Below, one piece after another: positions 51,116 through 64,000 of a stretch of DNA of 64,000 nt (position 1 is its first letter; the number at the start of each line of letters is the position of its first letter). Under the pieces are notes generated by a model, which searched no databases, was not told the DNA's origin, and worked only from the letters and a program-made list of their open reading frames with translations. Source of the stretch: Camelus ferus (taxonomy: Eukaryota); contig NC_045697.1 of assembly GCF_009834535.1 (NCBI RefSeq), forward strand, positions 9,116,001 through 9,180,000. Reading direction: 5' to 3'. The translations under genes were made by a program, and so were the position numbers.

Positions 51116-52649
51116 AAGAATTTGTGTTTTAAGAAGTTAATGTTTACTTTAATGCTTTAGGAAAGATCTCACTTGAATGAATAGATGAATAGATTTTTTT
51201 TGAAGACCACCAGCTTTAATTGTGGCACAAAACTGATCGAAGTCTGAGTACCCCTGGCCCAGTGGCTGATAATACAAGCTTTATAGTTTTACTAGCTGGG
51301 TTTCAATCCTGGTTCAGGCACAAACCAAAAAAGATCAGCTGAGTGACCTTGGGAAAGGGTTCTCTGGACCTCAGTTTCCTTATTAAAAATGAGGCTAAAA
51401 AGAGTACTTATTTTGTAGCATTGTGGCCAGTAAAAGAAACATAAAATGTGTAATCTATGTGAAGTGCTAAACTCTGTAGCAGACATGTGAATATTCAGTA
51501 AATGACTATTATTAATCATTGCTATGATAACATAACTACCACCTTGTCAACTCCTACTTTGCATCCAAGTACCATTGAATGGAAAGCTCAGGATGCTGCC
51601 TGATTCCCAAGAACTTGCACAGGACTTGGAGTAGGGCCAGGGGTGTGCAGCAGACACCAGTAGACATGCTGAGAGGAACACAGGACATAAAGTGAGAACT
51701 GTGCAGGGCCAAGGAGAAGCTGAGGCCCAGGCAGACGTTTTGTGACTTAGCTCACAAGCACGTCTCCCAAGCAGTGGAATGGGAAGGCTGCAACCCCTTC
51801 TGACAACCCGGAGACTGCTTTGTCTTGCCAAATTTTTTAAATTGATGCACTTTATCCCTTGAAAAAGTGACCTGGCTTTTCTACATTTTAGATATATGGG
51901 TGCTGAGTCCATATTCAAAGCTATGAAGCAGAAATTCTGCAGAGCAGTAAGGAGAACACACACATAAATAAGTTTTGTTTAATCATAAAACCTGAAGTTG
52001 GTTAGTCATTACATTGTAATCTAACCTGATCAAAACAAGGCAGTGCACATATGCCATATAAGCTTTTTCTCTTCTAAAAATATCTCATTATCATCCACAG
52101 GAACAGGTAAATATAGGTATTTTGTTTTTATGGCCTTTATTTCTGAAACATAAAAGGTTTTATGTTTCTAATCCCCAGACAATTTTTCATGGTATTTCTG
52201 TTTATCTTGCATTCTACTTTCAAACCATGTTTTTGGGGAAAAGTGCAATGATTTCAGGAAAGTCTAAAGTGTTTTTCAATTATTGTGAGTGAATCTGGGA
52301 CTAGAGGAGTCATTCAACTCCTCTGATGTTAGACAATTGCTCTGAGTGACAAGAGTTACTCAGGTTGGGTTTTCACCCTCTTGGTTTCTTTTGAATTCTC
52401 TGTGGTCCATCTCACTTTCTTTTGCGTTTCTTTGTTGTTTATTGCAGTGAGTTTCAGTGGGGTTTACCAAGACTGGTTTTGTTACAATAAAGAATGGTTT
52501 GGTTGAATGTTTTCCAAAATGAGAGTTTCATCATACAGAAAAGTAACAACCTGGAGTCAGTTTCAAAGAACTTGGGGTAGATTTGGACAAAGAAGTCTGA
52601 GGACGTGAATTGAGCAGTGGTAAATTTTATGTACATTCCTCCCTAGGCA

Positions 52650-52765
52650 AGGCAATTTCTGTGGTGTGCAGCCTGTGCAATCACAAAGGTCTCCACACTT
52701 AGAAGAGCCTTGACCTTGGTTTAATGCTCTGCTGGCACTATTTGACATTCTCAATTTTTGAACAA
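52650..52765. mobile_element. hAT-Tip100 MITE fragment, MER91-like
   Basis: cacttagaagagccttgaccttggtttaatgctctgctg...tttttgaacaa. Confidence 0.6.
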
Positions 52766-53454
52766 TTTCTTATAAAGTCATGGACTGCCCCAACTCCAAG
52801 CTTGATGCCACAAAATGCTCCAACTGCTTGGAATGCCACCACTTACTTCTTCCCTTCCTGATGAACTCATAGTTTAAGGGTCATTCTCTCTGCATAATTT
52901 TCTCTCCCTTCTCCAGGCAGAGTTAGTCCCTCAGTGTCTCCATGTTTCCATGGCAACTCACGCACACCTTTAGATTGTACTTTTCATTCTGTAGCATATG
53001 TGAAGGTGTAACTTTCTGTCTTTCTCAGTCATGAACTCCAGGGCAAGGATAAGGTCTGAGTTTTCCCTTTTGTTCCTCTGGAATAGTTCTTGATACTTGG
53101 CAGTGCTCCTTCAATGTGCAATAATGAGAAAAGTTGCAGTAAGCATTTGCATTTTGCTGCAGCAGCATGAAGATTTTAATTCATTTCCTTTGTGTATTGC
53201 TCTCTCTGCACAAGATACTATTCTCCATTCTTTGAATATGCAGAACTATTATCTTGAAATGTCCAACTGAAGGTCACTTCTTCTGGGTAGACTTCCTTGA
53301 ATATAAAAGAAAGAGGAAATCACTTTTTCCTCTGTGCTCTTGTAGCACTTACCTCATGGAATTGTGTTTGAAATGTATATTTCCCCCTGACTGAGAGCTC
53401 CTAGAACCTTGTGTGTTATTCAACTTCGTATCCCAAGCCCTGGCTTGGTACCAA

Positions 53455-53549
53455 GAAAAGAAAAATGAAAGAAAGGAAGGAAGGAAGAAAAGAAGAAAGG
53501 AAGGAAGGAAGGGAGGGAAGAAAGAAAGAGAAAAGAAAGAAAGAAAGAG

Positions 53550-53620
<71 letters not shown>

Positions 53621-53705
53621 AGAAAAGGAGGGAGGGAAAAAAGGAAGAAAAAATGAAGTAAATAAGCAAAAAGGAAGAAAGTAAGAAAGGGAAAAGGCAA
53701 GGGAA
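53455..53705. repeat. (GAAA)n/(GGAA)n purine-rich repeat
   Basis: Long gaaa tandem tract. Confidence 0.95.
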
Positions 53706-54059
53706 CAAATCAAATAGTTGCATGATACCAAAAAGATGATGTGATAGATGAAAATTCCAATTAAGCAATTCAGTTGTATTATCTGACATGCTAAGAGTTG
53801 ATTCAGTGTAGTTTTCTTTATACCCTAGTGTTTGGAAGAAAAATAGAGGATCCTCTAGGCTAACTGATTTTTTAACACAGACTTGAATTATCTAGTTATC
53901 AGTTTTATGGATCCAGCTAAACTAGAACCCATATTATTCTCTAGGAAGGAAAGAAAAGTTTTAAACTTTAAGATTAAAAAAACCAAAAAGGTAGCTCCCT
54001 TAAAGTCTTACATATGTACTGATCAATATATTTTATAAAGTAAATTGTGCTTGTGTATT

Positions 54060-54340
54060 GTGCATTGTATATTCTTGGCGCCCTCACTGAAGATCTGTTG
54101 ACCATATATGTGTGGGTTTGTTTCTGGGCTCTCTCTATTCTGGTCCATTGGTGAATGTGTCTGTTTTATGCCAGTACCATGCTGTTTAGATTACTGTAGC
54201 TTTGTTATACATTTTGAAATCATATTTCCTCTCACTTTGTTCTTGTTGTTCAAAATTCTATTGGCTCTCTTGGGTCTTTTATAGTTCCATATGAAGTTTT
54301 TTTGTTTTTTTCCTATTTCTGTAAAAAATACCACTAAAGT
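54060..54340 (-). mobile_element. Old LINE-1 ORF2 fragment
   Basis: gttgaccatatatgtgtgggttt...ttatgccagtaccatgctgttt.gattactgtagctttg. Confidence 0.8.
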
Positions 54341-56173
54341 CATTTGAAAAAAATTGCTTCACTTACTTCACCCAATACCTCTGCTTAGTAAGCACAACTC
54401 TGACCATTTTCCTGGTTAAAAAAAAATGAACTTAGAAAATCTGAAAATCTTATTCATTGTTATTTGGCTGATAAACAGCATTAGAGCCAAACAAATTCAA
54501 TTTTATCCCAAACACTATTTTGGGGTTTTTGCCAGTGGTGGTGGTGGTGGGGGGTGTTTCTTATCCTAATAGGCTAAACTTGTTTCATTTTAAAGATTCA
54601 GAAGGCAAAAACTCATTCTAGTTAATAGGTGCCAACTAATTCCAATAATAATCCTTTGCAAGTCTCTACTTGCTAGAGAGTGTTAACTGTTTAGAAGTAG
54701 TCATTTTTAACAAGCCCATAACATTGCCATTACATGAATTATACATGGCTTATAAAATGATTATTTAGTCAGTGGAAAATTAAATCTGTCAGTGTTTTCC
54801 AAATTGGAGCTAGGACATTCATCAGAAAAAACTGTTAAATTTTTAATCAACTGTACTGTGGTTGATGTAGCTATCAGCCTAAATTGCTCTTTCTCTGTCA
54901 TCTCCCTTGTTGAAGAATATAGTGTAGAATTACCAGCTCTACGAAGCTAATTGATTTTTTTCTCTTGCAGAGATTTAAGACACAGTGACATGCCATACAG
55001 AATTGAAATAAAAAAGTTGCATGAGAGTCAAAGACACATGTCACATACACTGAACAGTAATTTAACATTTTAGATTTGTTTTTGTTTCTGCTTTTGTTTT
55101 TTACTTTTCTCCCACTGACCCAGCTCCTCAAATTGGAGTCCACCTTGAACCAAGATCACATTCTAAATATTCAGACCCCAAAGGTAAATTTAAAAGATAA
55201 TATAGTGCATTAAAAGATAATAATTGTTATGAAAAAAAGCATAAGAAAAAGGAACTCCCATTTGTATATCAATAACATAACATAATAAAACAGCAGATTC
55301 CTCAAATGCACAAAAGTATGACTAAAACTCCATACAGATAGATAACTCATGGGACATTTATCACAGCCATAAAGTGAGTTAGACAGTTTCTCACTTTTTT
55401 TTTTTTTTAAAATAAATCTCTCCTTTGTTTTCCAGTGCACTTTAAGTTCTTCTGATGACAATCAAGGGGAATTTTTATATTTTTCTTCAGAGAAATTCAT
55501 TTATTTATTAGCTGAATCTTCCAAAATTGTCTTTGTATCTATTTAAAGAAATACCTTCATAGGTAAACACAAATAAAGAAGGGCCCTGAGAACACTTCTT
55601 TGCCTACAATTCTGTGTCAGAAGCACAGCTTGAACCAGTAATCAGAAGAATTCAGTGCCTACCTGTGCCCTGACACAGCACTGTGCATCCCAGGCCCCGG
55701 CTGTGTGTTTCTGTAGTTTCAAGTCCTCTCTGGCTTTCTTAGGCATGACTTATTGTGGGCAATAACATGTTTATCTAGACTAGTATCTCTCAGAATCAAA
55801 TATTCATGCAACTCACCTGGGAGTCTTGCTGAAATGCAGATTCTGATTTTGCTCATTCATATAGTGAGGGACACCATAAGAGATAAGAATACACTTGCTC
55901 AAGGCCCCTATTGTCTGTTCCAAACATTTTCAGTCCCACCGTAGTCTGGATATAAACATTCACTGTTTCCCTAACATAGTCTGTGCTTAGAAACCTCTGT
56001 AAATTTGCAATCTCTGTTCCCCCTAACTAGAATATCCTTCCTCCTTTCCTGCTTGATGAGATTTTGTTTATCTTTCAACATAGAACTCAAATGAGAAGCA
56101 TGCTCTGTCCCCTGCCTGGGCACTCCCCACCCAGGCAGAAGTAACACTCCTTCCGCTGGCCTGATGTTGCTGT

Positions 56174-56670
56174 TTTAACAGAGAATAACAAACCTGACTC
56201 CGTATTGAATCTATTCCTTTAGTTCTAACCTTTGTGATCTGTTGCCTGTGCTTAGTCATGCTAGCTCTGTACCTTTTGTAAAAGGATTTTGCCTATAGCC
56301 TGAAATATACACAACAGCCCATTCTCAAGGCTCTGACCTTTAAAGGCATAACACGTTTCCATTCATACAGAAATAAACAGAGAATAATATTTGTCTTGTT
56401 GGAGGTTTATAGGAACATTGTGACCAGATCTACAAGGACAAAGGATTCCAGCACCAAGAAATTTGCAGCAACCAACCATACCCTCTTTCCTTTTAGTATG
56501 AATGAAGCCTGAATTCTAACTCAGGTAAGGCAGTTTTTTAGGACACTTGTCCACCATCTTCTTGGTTCACTGGCCTTCCAAATAAAGTCACTATTCCTTG
56601 TCCCAACAACTCATGTCTCTATTTATTGGCCTGCCATGTAGCCAGCAGTGTGGTCTTGGACTCAATAACA
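56174..56670 (+). mobile_element. ERV1-class solo LTR (MER41-like), inserted in an L2 remnant
   Basis: Starts tttaacagagaataacaaacctgactcc (probably a decayed TG terminus), has AATAAA at 56581 and ends ggactcaataaca. 4-bp TSD ctgt at 56170-73 and 56671-74. Confidence 0.75.
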
Positions 56671-59600
56671 CTGTGATAGCATCTTAATGGTTCTTCCTGC
56701 TTCTGTTCTCACAAACTCCACCCCACCTTATAATCAATTCCAAATTCTGAAAATGTAAATCAGAGTGTAAAAATCCCCATGAATGGCCACTTAAACACCT
56801 TAGTAAAATTCAATCTCCCTACCCTGGTCTACAAGCATGCAAATGACACATCCTTGTTTACCTCTGGGACTCCTTTCCATGCAGAATCTCCTCCTATATA
56901 GAGGCTCTGGTTCCATCATGCTTCCATCTGAACCTGTAAGAGGGTGAGTTTGTTCCCACTCAACCATGAGCTGTTCCCTCTTCCTGGAATGTTCTTCCCC
57001 AGGAGCTTCACTTGCCTGCCCTCTTCTCATTCTGGTCTCAGCTCACTTCATCAAACCTAAAGTTGAAGTGGCCACAGGGCTCTCTCTGGGTATTGTTCTG
57101 TGTTGCTTCCATCACAACCTTTATGATTACCTGATGTTTTCTTCTTCGTTTATTGTCTGTCCTCTTCTACCAGACTTACTAGTCCTCTAAGAGAGGGTAC
57201 TCGGCCTTTTCTATGGAATGCTGTCTTCCCAGAGTCTAAAGCAATGTTTGATGTTTCAAAGACTTTTAAATAAATATTGCTTGAAAATATTCAACAAAAT
57301 GAAATCCCCTTTAGAAAAACAGACCTGGGCTTGAATGCCAGCCCTGTTTTTTGTGAGCTACTTACCTCTCCTAAGCCTCACTTTTCTCATCTGTAAGATG
57401 GGAATATTAAGAGTCACACCCCTGGAAGCTGTTGTGATAAGTAAAATCAGATAATGCACATAACACGTGTAGCACAGCATGGCATAAGGAGCAAGCTCAG
57501 TCAACGCAATTATGATTTTCATTACCATCAACAGTTTCTTAATTTACACAAAAGGAGCAGGAGGTGGGGGGCGGACCAAGGAGAGAGTGAAGGCACATGC
57601 CTTAGAAACACATGGGAACCATGGCCTTCTCTCCTAGCTCCAGGAGATATCTCAAGATGGGAAATATTTATTTAGAGAGTCAGCTTGAAAGTTAGTAATT
57701 ATCTGATTAATGATCATCTCACCAAGGGCTTCTGTTCCAGGATGATGGGTTTAAGTGTATCTGGACTCAAGGGGAAGATTCTAAACTGCTGCTATATGAA
57801 TAGTGAAATGTTTAGAACTGGATGTATGGAGCAGGAAGGTAATTATGTGTGCAGAAAACATATGGCAGAGGCTATATTTCTCCTGCTGAAAGAAACAAGT
57901 CCAAATATGTAACGTACACACATTCTCCTTCCTATAAATACACAGATTGGATGATGCTGTGGCAACATTTTGTTAAGTACCAGAATCCCAGAGAAATCAC
58001 TCGAAGCACGTTATCCAAAGAACAGATGGTTGGTGTCCCTCCTGATTTGAAGGTATTTCTGGCTGTCATGTGGTTATTCTATAAATAAACCCCACTGTGA
58101 GGCAGTGGAAGGTAAACAGTCAGATGCACTCTCCAACTTTACAAAAGAAAGCCCTGGGGAAAAATAATAAAGGCTGGCTATTTTAGAGATGATTCTATCA
58201 CAGAGACCGAGGGCCATGGGGCCTTGAGAAAACATCAAGACCATCTGCTCTTCCTGGGTGAAACATCACGGAATTAGACTCAGCTGGACTTTGAAGACCT
58301 GCAGAGGATGACTCCAAATTTCAATCATGACGTGTGGTATTTTTCCAAAATGCGGGCCGTGTGGACTTTGTCCACCCAGATCCTATTCTCTCAGCTTCTT
58401 CTCTCCATAGCCCACACCCCCGGGAACTTGTTCCAGGTCAGGTAGCCCAGAGCCAACTCAGTGTTTCTGCTGGTCTTGCTGTGACCTCGGGTCAGGACCT
58501 GTGAAGGGAGGGACTGGTAACCAAATGCTAACTGTCCCTCAGACCATTTGCATTCGACCTGTTTTTTTTTTTTTTCCTCTCTCTCTTTCTCTCTGTCTCA
58601 CAACTGTATTACAAGACCTGTTTCATTATTTTTATTTTACAGACAAGGCTTTGAAGTCCAAGATATTAACTCTTCAATCAGGTCACAGAGGTTGTAATTA
58701 TAAATAAGATAGAGACTGTGCCCAGGTTGTCTGCCTCCTCGCCACTTCATCAAACCTGTACAACAAGCTTATCTTTTCTTTCCAAATTCCTTATGCTTAA
58801 TATCCCTATGGAAAGTCTCTTTCCAGAACTAAGGGACAAGCATTTATCCTCTAAAGTAGAACACAAAACTCACATATGGGTGGGCAATGCATAGCTGTAG
58901 AATAAGAATCTCTTAAGTCCATTCATTCATTTATTCATTTTTTTCCCTTGAACATGATCATGAAATGGAAGGACCTATTGCTCAAGCCAGAAACCTTCTG
59001 TCATTCTTTAAGTGTCTATTGCTACCTCCATTTAATCTTGATTAGTTACTTGAGCTTTGGAACCATAGTTTCCAGACCTGTAAAACAGAGACATTATGTG
59101 CCATAGTGAGTGGTTGTGACTATGACAAAGTGCTCTCTGTGAAGTGCCTGTGCCTTTAGCTGGTATTAGAACCCTTTCTCTCTGTGAGCAGAATTAAGTA
59201 GGTTGGAGACTACTGTCACATTTACCATAAACCTTCCTTCAGTATGGAAGAAACATGTGTCTACTTTCCAAATTCCTGGGACTGGATCTGTAAGAATTAC
59301 TTAGAGTTTAAGCTCTGTTGGTCTAATTCATTGATGTGCGCTCAGAACCAGAGTAAGAGTAGGGCCAGTCCAAAGCCGGTATTTAAAGGGATTTTGTTGA
59401 ATACACATATTGATAAATGGAATCTGGGAGCAAAATAACTTTTTCTGAAAATTTTCTACTCATTTTAGTTTTTGTAAAATAGACTTGTTCTTCACACATT
59501 AATAATCACTATTTTTAAAATGACACCTTTATATTGGATTTTTATCTTGAAGTGGTAATAGTCTCAGCCATTTTTAAAGAAAATGAGTTTTCAAGCTGCT

Positions 59601-60225
59601 AGGAAAATTTACATTATTCTTCAAATTCTTTGTTTCTGCATTCTAAGAATAACCAAGATTTCCAACTTGAAGACCTCAGTGAAAGAATAGCCTTTTATTT
59701 TTCTATTTAATTTTAGAAATTGATATTTAAGATCTTTTTAGAACTTACATTTTAGGGAAAAAAAAAGTCCTATGTTGTAAATAAAGGTATATTGGAGGCT
59801 TTTAAAAGACTTTTGCATTCCTGTGTCATTTACAATTACTACTTACTTTATGTAGAAAAAACATCCATCAGTTAGGGAAATGGCATTTTGAACAATACAG
59901 CTGTAATTTCATTGGCAGAGGTAGCCTGTTTGCCAACTTTTTTTTTTCTTCAGCAATCGAATTTCTTTCTGAAATATTAACTATATCTCTATTTTTCATT
60001 TTGTGAATATTTCTTTGGCTCTGACATTCACATTTCCTCCAGAAATACAGACATACGGAATTTGTGGGGAGACAAGTATTAGAATGACAGACAATCCCAA
60101 GAGATGAACAGATGGCAGGGGTCCTGGCTTTGTGCCTACCCTGGGGTCACTGGGGGAACTTGGACCAAGACACTTGATCCCTCTGGGACTCAGGTTCCCC
60201 AGCTGTGAATTGTTTAAGTTGGACA

Positions 60226-60291
60226 TTTTTTAAAACATTTTTTTATTGAGTTACAGTCATTTTACAATGTTGTGTCAAATTCCAGTGCAGA
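60226..60291 (-). mobile_element. About 65-bp 3' tip of the young L1 family
   Basis: aacatttttttattgagttacagtcattttacaatgttgtgtcaaattccagtg is nearly identical to 26570-26625. Confidence 0.85.
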
Positions 60292-60574
60292 GAAATAATT
60301 CCTAAATTCTTCTCTAGCATTCTTAAAAATTCTTCTCTTTTTTCTTATTAAAAATAACATATGTTCATGGTAGAAAAATAAGCTACAGGAAAAAATCTCT
60401 TTTGAAATTATCATCTTTCTATTTATATCTACTTATGCATATTTGCAAGTGTGTATACACACCCTCAACACACACAGAAGCAAGCATGACTTGTTATAAA
60501 TAATTTGGAACCCCTTGGACTAATCAGAATGAACATTACAACCTGTCCTTAGAGCACCTTGCTGCCTTTGTCAT

Positions 60575-63500
60575 TTTTATTTTTACTTTTTGGAAATAAT
60601 TACAGATTCATAGAAAATTACAAAAATAATACAAAGAAGTACCATGTACCCGACCCTTCATTCTATGACTGAAAGAAATCTGGTTCTTATTGTATACAAG
60701 ATATAATTCTTATAGTCCTATTACACATATAAAGCAGTTTCAAAACTGCTAACCTGTATCCCTGTGAGAAACAAATTTACTAACTAAATTGCAGTATTTG
60801 TGTAGAGTTCTTATTGTCTTTCACTTTACTAAGTATATCATCCAAATTTCAGTTTTTCAAAGTTTTTTAGGCTAGTTCTTTGCTTTCTCAAACTCTTCAT
60901 TTTTTTTTTATTTGTTGTAATGCAATTAAGTTCATTTGATATTGTTTCTATTCCACTTTGGATTCTTTGCATTCTGGTTGATTTTAATTATTTATTTTGG
61001 GTGTTTGTTACATATTCCTGTGATTCTAAGAGTTGGAGCTATACCAAGAGCTGTCCCCTTCTCCTTATCCCTACTACCTATTTCTGTTCCATGCTGTTCA
61101 GCCTTTTCCTATCTATCCTCTGCATGGAACCAGTCTCTTTAGTTTTTGATTTATCCTTCCTGTATATCTTTTGCAAAATTGTGTTTGTGTGTGTGTATGT
61201 GTGCATTTTCTTATGTCCTCTTTTTTCTTACATAAAGGGTAGCTTACTGTAGACAAACTTTTGTACTTTTCACTTGACAGTATATTCTGAAAATCAAATT
61301 TGTTGAAAAGATCTTCCTTTATTTTTGTTATAACTACATATTATTCCAGTGTGTAGATGTATATTTTTTGTCAATAATTCTTCTTTGTAAGTATTTAGGT
61401 CATTTCTAATATTTTGTAATAACAAACAGTGCTGCAGTGAATACCCTTGCACATCTATGTGCTTCATTCTGTCAATTCCTGGGAGTGGAATTGTGGGGTC
61501 AAAAGATGAGTGAATGGTAGTTTTGTTGGGTCTTAATAAACTCCCCTCCAGATGGGTTGTGTTGGTTTCTGTGTCGGCCAGTAATGTTTGAAGAGAATGT
61601 GTTACCTCACAGGTATGCTAACAGGATATGCTATCCTACTTTATTTGGTAAATAGAACTTACGTTTTAGGGTAGGTTCACAGAAAAACTGAGTGGCAAGT
61701 AGAGAGTTTCCATATATTCCCTGCCCCATATATACACAGCCTCCCTCGCTATCAGCATCCTCCACCAGAGTGGTACACTTGCTACAACTAATGAACCTTC
61801 CTTGACACATCGTAATCAACCAAAGTCCGTGGTTTTCACTGGAGTTTACCCTTGGTGTTGTGCTTGTATGGGTTTTGACAAATGCTTAATGACATGTATC
61901 TACCATTATACTATCACATAGGATAGATTCACAGCCCTATAAATTCTCCACACTCTGCCTATTCATCCCTCCCTCTTCCCTAAACCCTGGCAACCACTGG
62001 TCCTTTTACTGTCTCCATAGTTTGGCCTTTTTCAGAAAGTCATTTAGTTTGAATCACACAGTATGCAGTTTTGTTTTGTTTTTTTCAGATTGGCTTCTTT
62101 TACTTAGTAATATGTGTTTAATGTTCCTCCACGTGTTTTCATGGCTTAGTAGCTCATTTCTTTTGAGCCCTGAGTAATAGTGCATTGTCTGGATGTGTTA
62201 CAGTTTTATTATCCATTCACTTGCTAAAGGACATCTTGGTTGCTTCCAAGTTTTGGCAATTATGAATGAAGCTACTATAAACATCTGTGTCCAGGTTGTT
62301 GCGTGGATGTTAGTTTTCAATTCCTTTGGCTAAATACCAAGAGATGTGATTGCTGAATTGTATGTTAAGACTATGTTTAGTTTTGTTAAAAACTGTCTTT
62401 CAAAGTGGTCATGTTTTTTTGCATTGCCTCCAGCAATGAATGAGAGTTCCTATTGCCCCACATCCTCATCTGCAAGCATTTGATGTTGTCAGTGTTTCGG
62501 ATTTTAGCCGTTTTAGTAGGCGTATAGTGGCATCTCATTGTTGCAATTTGAAATCCCCTAATAACATATGATGCTGAACATCTTTCATATACTTATTTAC
62601 CATCTCTGTGTCTTCTCTGGTATAGTGTCTGTTCAAATCTCTCACCCATTTTTAAATTGAGCTTTTTTGTTTTCCTATTTAAGAGTTCCTTGTATACTCT
62701 TTTTATATTTCTTATTTAAGAATTCTCTCTTATTTAAGAATCTAAATATAAAAAGTGAAAGCATACAAGTAGTATATGGGCGATCGCCTCTTTAACTTCA
62801 GAGTAGGAAAGACTTTCTAATTTCTATGTGTAAAGGAAAGACAATCCTTTATCAGATGTCTTTTACAAATACTTCCTCCCAGTCTGTGGCTTGTCTTCTC
62901 ATTCTCTTTATAGTGTCTTTCACAGAGCAGACATTTTTAATTTAATAAAGTTCAGCTTATCAATTATTTCTTTCATGGGTCATGCCTTTGATGTTGTATC
63001 CAAAAAGTCATCAGCATATCCAAGGTCATGTAGACTTTCTCCTATATTACCTTCTAAGAGCCTCACAGTTTTGCATTTTACACTTATGTTTATGATCTGT
63101 TTGGAGTTAATTTTTTTGAAGGGCATAATGTTTGTGTCTAGATTCATCTTTAGCATGTGGATGTCCAGTTGTCCCAGCACCTTTTGTTTTCCTACTTTTA
63201 AATCTTTGTCAATCTGAGAGGTGAGAAATGATACCCCAGTGTTGTTATAACTTGTATTTCTTTAATTATGAGTTAATTTGAATATTTTTATATGTTTGAG
63301 GGCTATTATATGTATATGTTTTTGTGAGTTATCTGTTTATATTTTTTTTTCTGTTTTTCCACCATTTTTTGTCTCAGAAGTTTTAAGAATTCCTTATTTA
63401 TTAGGAATCTTAAGCCTTTGTATATGGCACACATTACAAATATTGTCTCACTATTTTTTAGTTCTCTTGATTTTTATGGTGTTTTGTGTCATGAGTTTTT

Positions 63501-63780
63501 ACAAATTTTTCTGTAGTCAGCTTTATCAGACTTTATTGCCTCTACATTTTAAGTCATAATTACCAAGTCTTTCCTACTCTGAAATTAAAGAGGAATTCAC
63601 TCATATAGTACATGTATGGTTTTATATTTTATACTTAAATTTTAAGCCATTTAGTGTTGATTCTTGTGTATAGTGTGAGATATGAATCTAATTTTCACTT
63701 TTTTTTTCAAATGGCTACCCAACTCTCCTAGCACCATTTATTTAAAAATCCATCTTTGTCCAGAATTTATCTTGATCACT
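60575..63780 (-). mobile_element. Cluster of ancient L1M fragments hosting the nested L1MC1-like copy
   Basis: Degenerate antisense L1 3' UTR/ORF2 text at 60575-61630 and 63190-63780. Confidence 0.7.
61643..63189 (-). mobile_element. L1MC1-like 5'-truncated LINE-1 nested in an older L1
   Basis: Diagnostic 3' UTR (ggttcacagaaaaactgagtgg...ccaccagagtggtacac...caaagtcc). 9-bp TSD tcctacttt at 61634-42 and 63190-98. Confidence 0.8.
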
Positions 63781-64000
63781 GTGTTTTGGGGCATCTGCTG
63801 TTTGCTACAGTCTTTATTATTAATAAAAGTGAGATACTAGACTTTCCTTTCACTAACACTTGAAGAACAGTTTCAGTATATATATATTTATATATTTATA
63901 ATTTGATTGCCAGTGAACTGTAGCTTCTCCTTAACATGCCGCATAAAGCAGCAGCTTACCTACTGGGCTAGTTGAAGGTGAATGCTGTCAGACACTGTAG

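Noticed and set aside
52081..52112. Possible 6-nt microexon (cag|gaacag|gtaaat)
   Set aside because: Weak pyrimidine tract, no host gene evident, easily arises by chance.
53349..53789. Several K/E/R-rich or F/L/S-rich ORFs
   Set aside because: Artefacts of the (GAAA)n repeat.
1..64000. Prokaryotic systems (CRISPR, operons), tRNA or rRNA genes
   Set aside because: The sequence is mammalian repeat-rich DNA; no repeat-spacer arrays or structured RNA genes were recognised.

Overview
A gene-poor mammalian window made up mostly of transposable-element remnants. It is probably camelid, inferred from the young L1 3' UTR family and the absence of recognisable young SINEs. No intact cellular protein-coding gene is visible. 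Elements recognised by eye include MaLR MLT1 LTRs, MIR and L2 fragments, hAT and Tigger DNA transposons, old and young LINE-1 copies, a solo ERV1-type LTR and microsatellites. The main finding is at about 42.64-44.33 kb (+): a decayed reading frame whose fragments line up, in order and mostly at the expected spacing, with bornavirus nucleoprotein motifs. This is a candidate endogenous bornavirus-like N (EBLN) element, split by an old MLT1C-like LTR and bracketed by an imperfect direct repeat. Two other observations stand out. One is a 5'-intact, ORF1-only L1 whose ORF2 deletion ends right after an AG, as expected for splicing. The other is an old inverted local duplication inside nested L1s. 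Repeat subfamily names and the BoDV-1 N comparison come from remembered sequences, not database searches.
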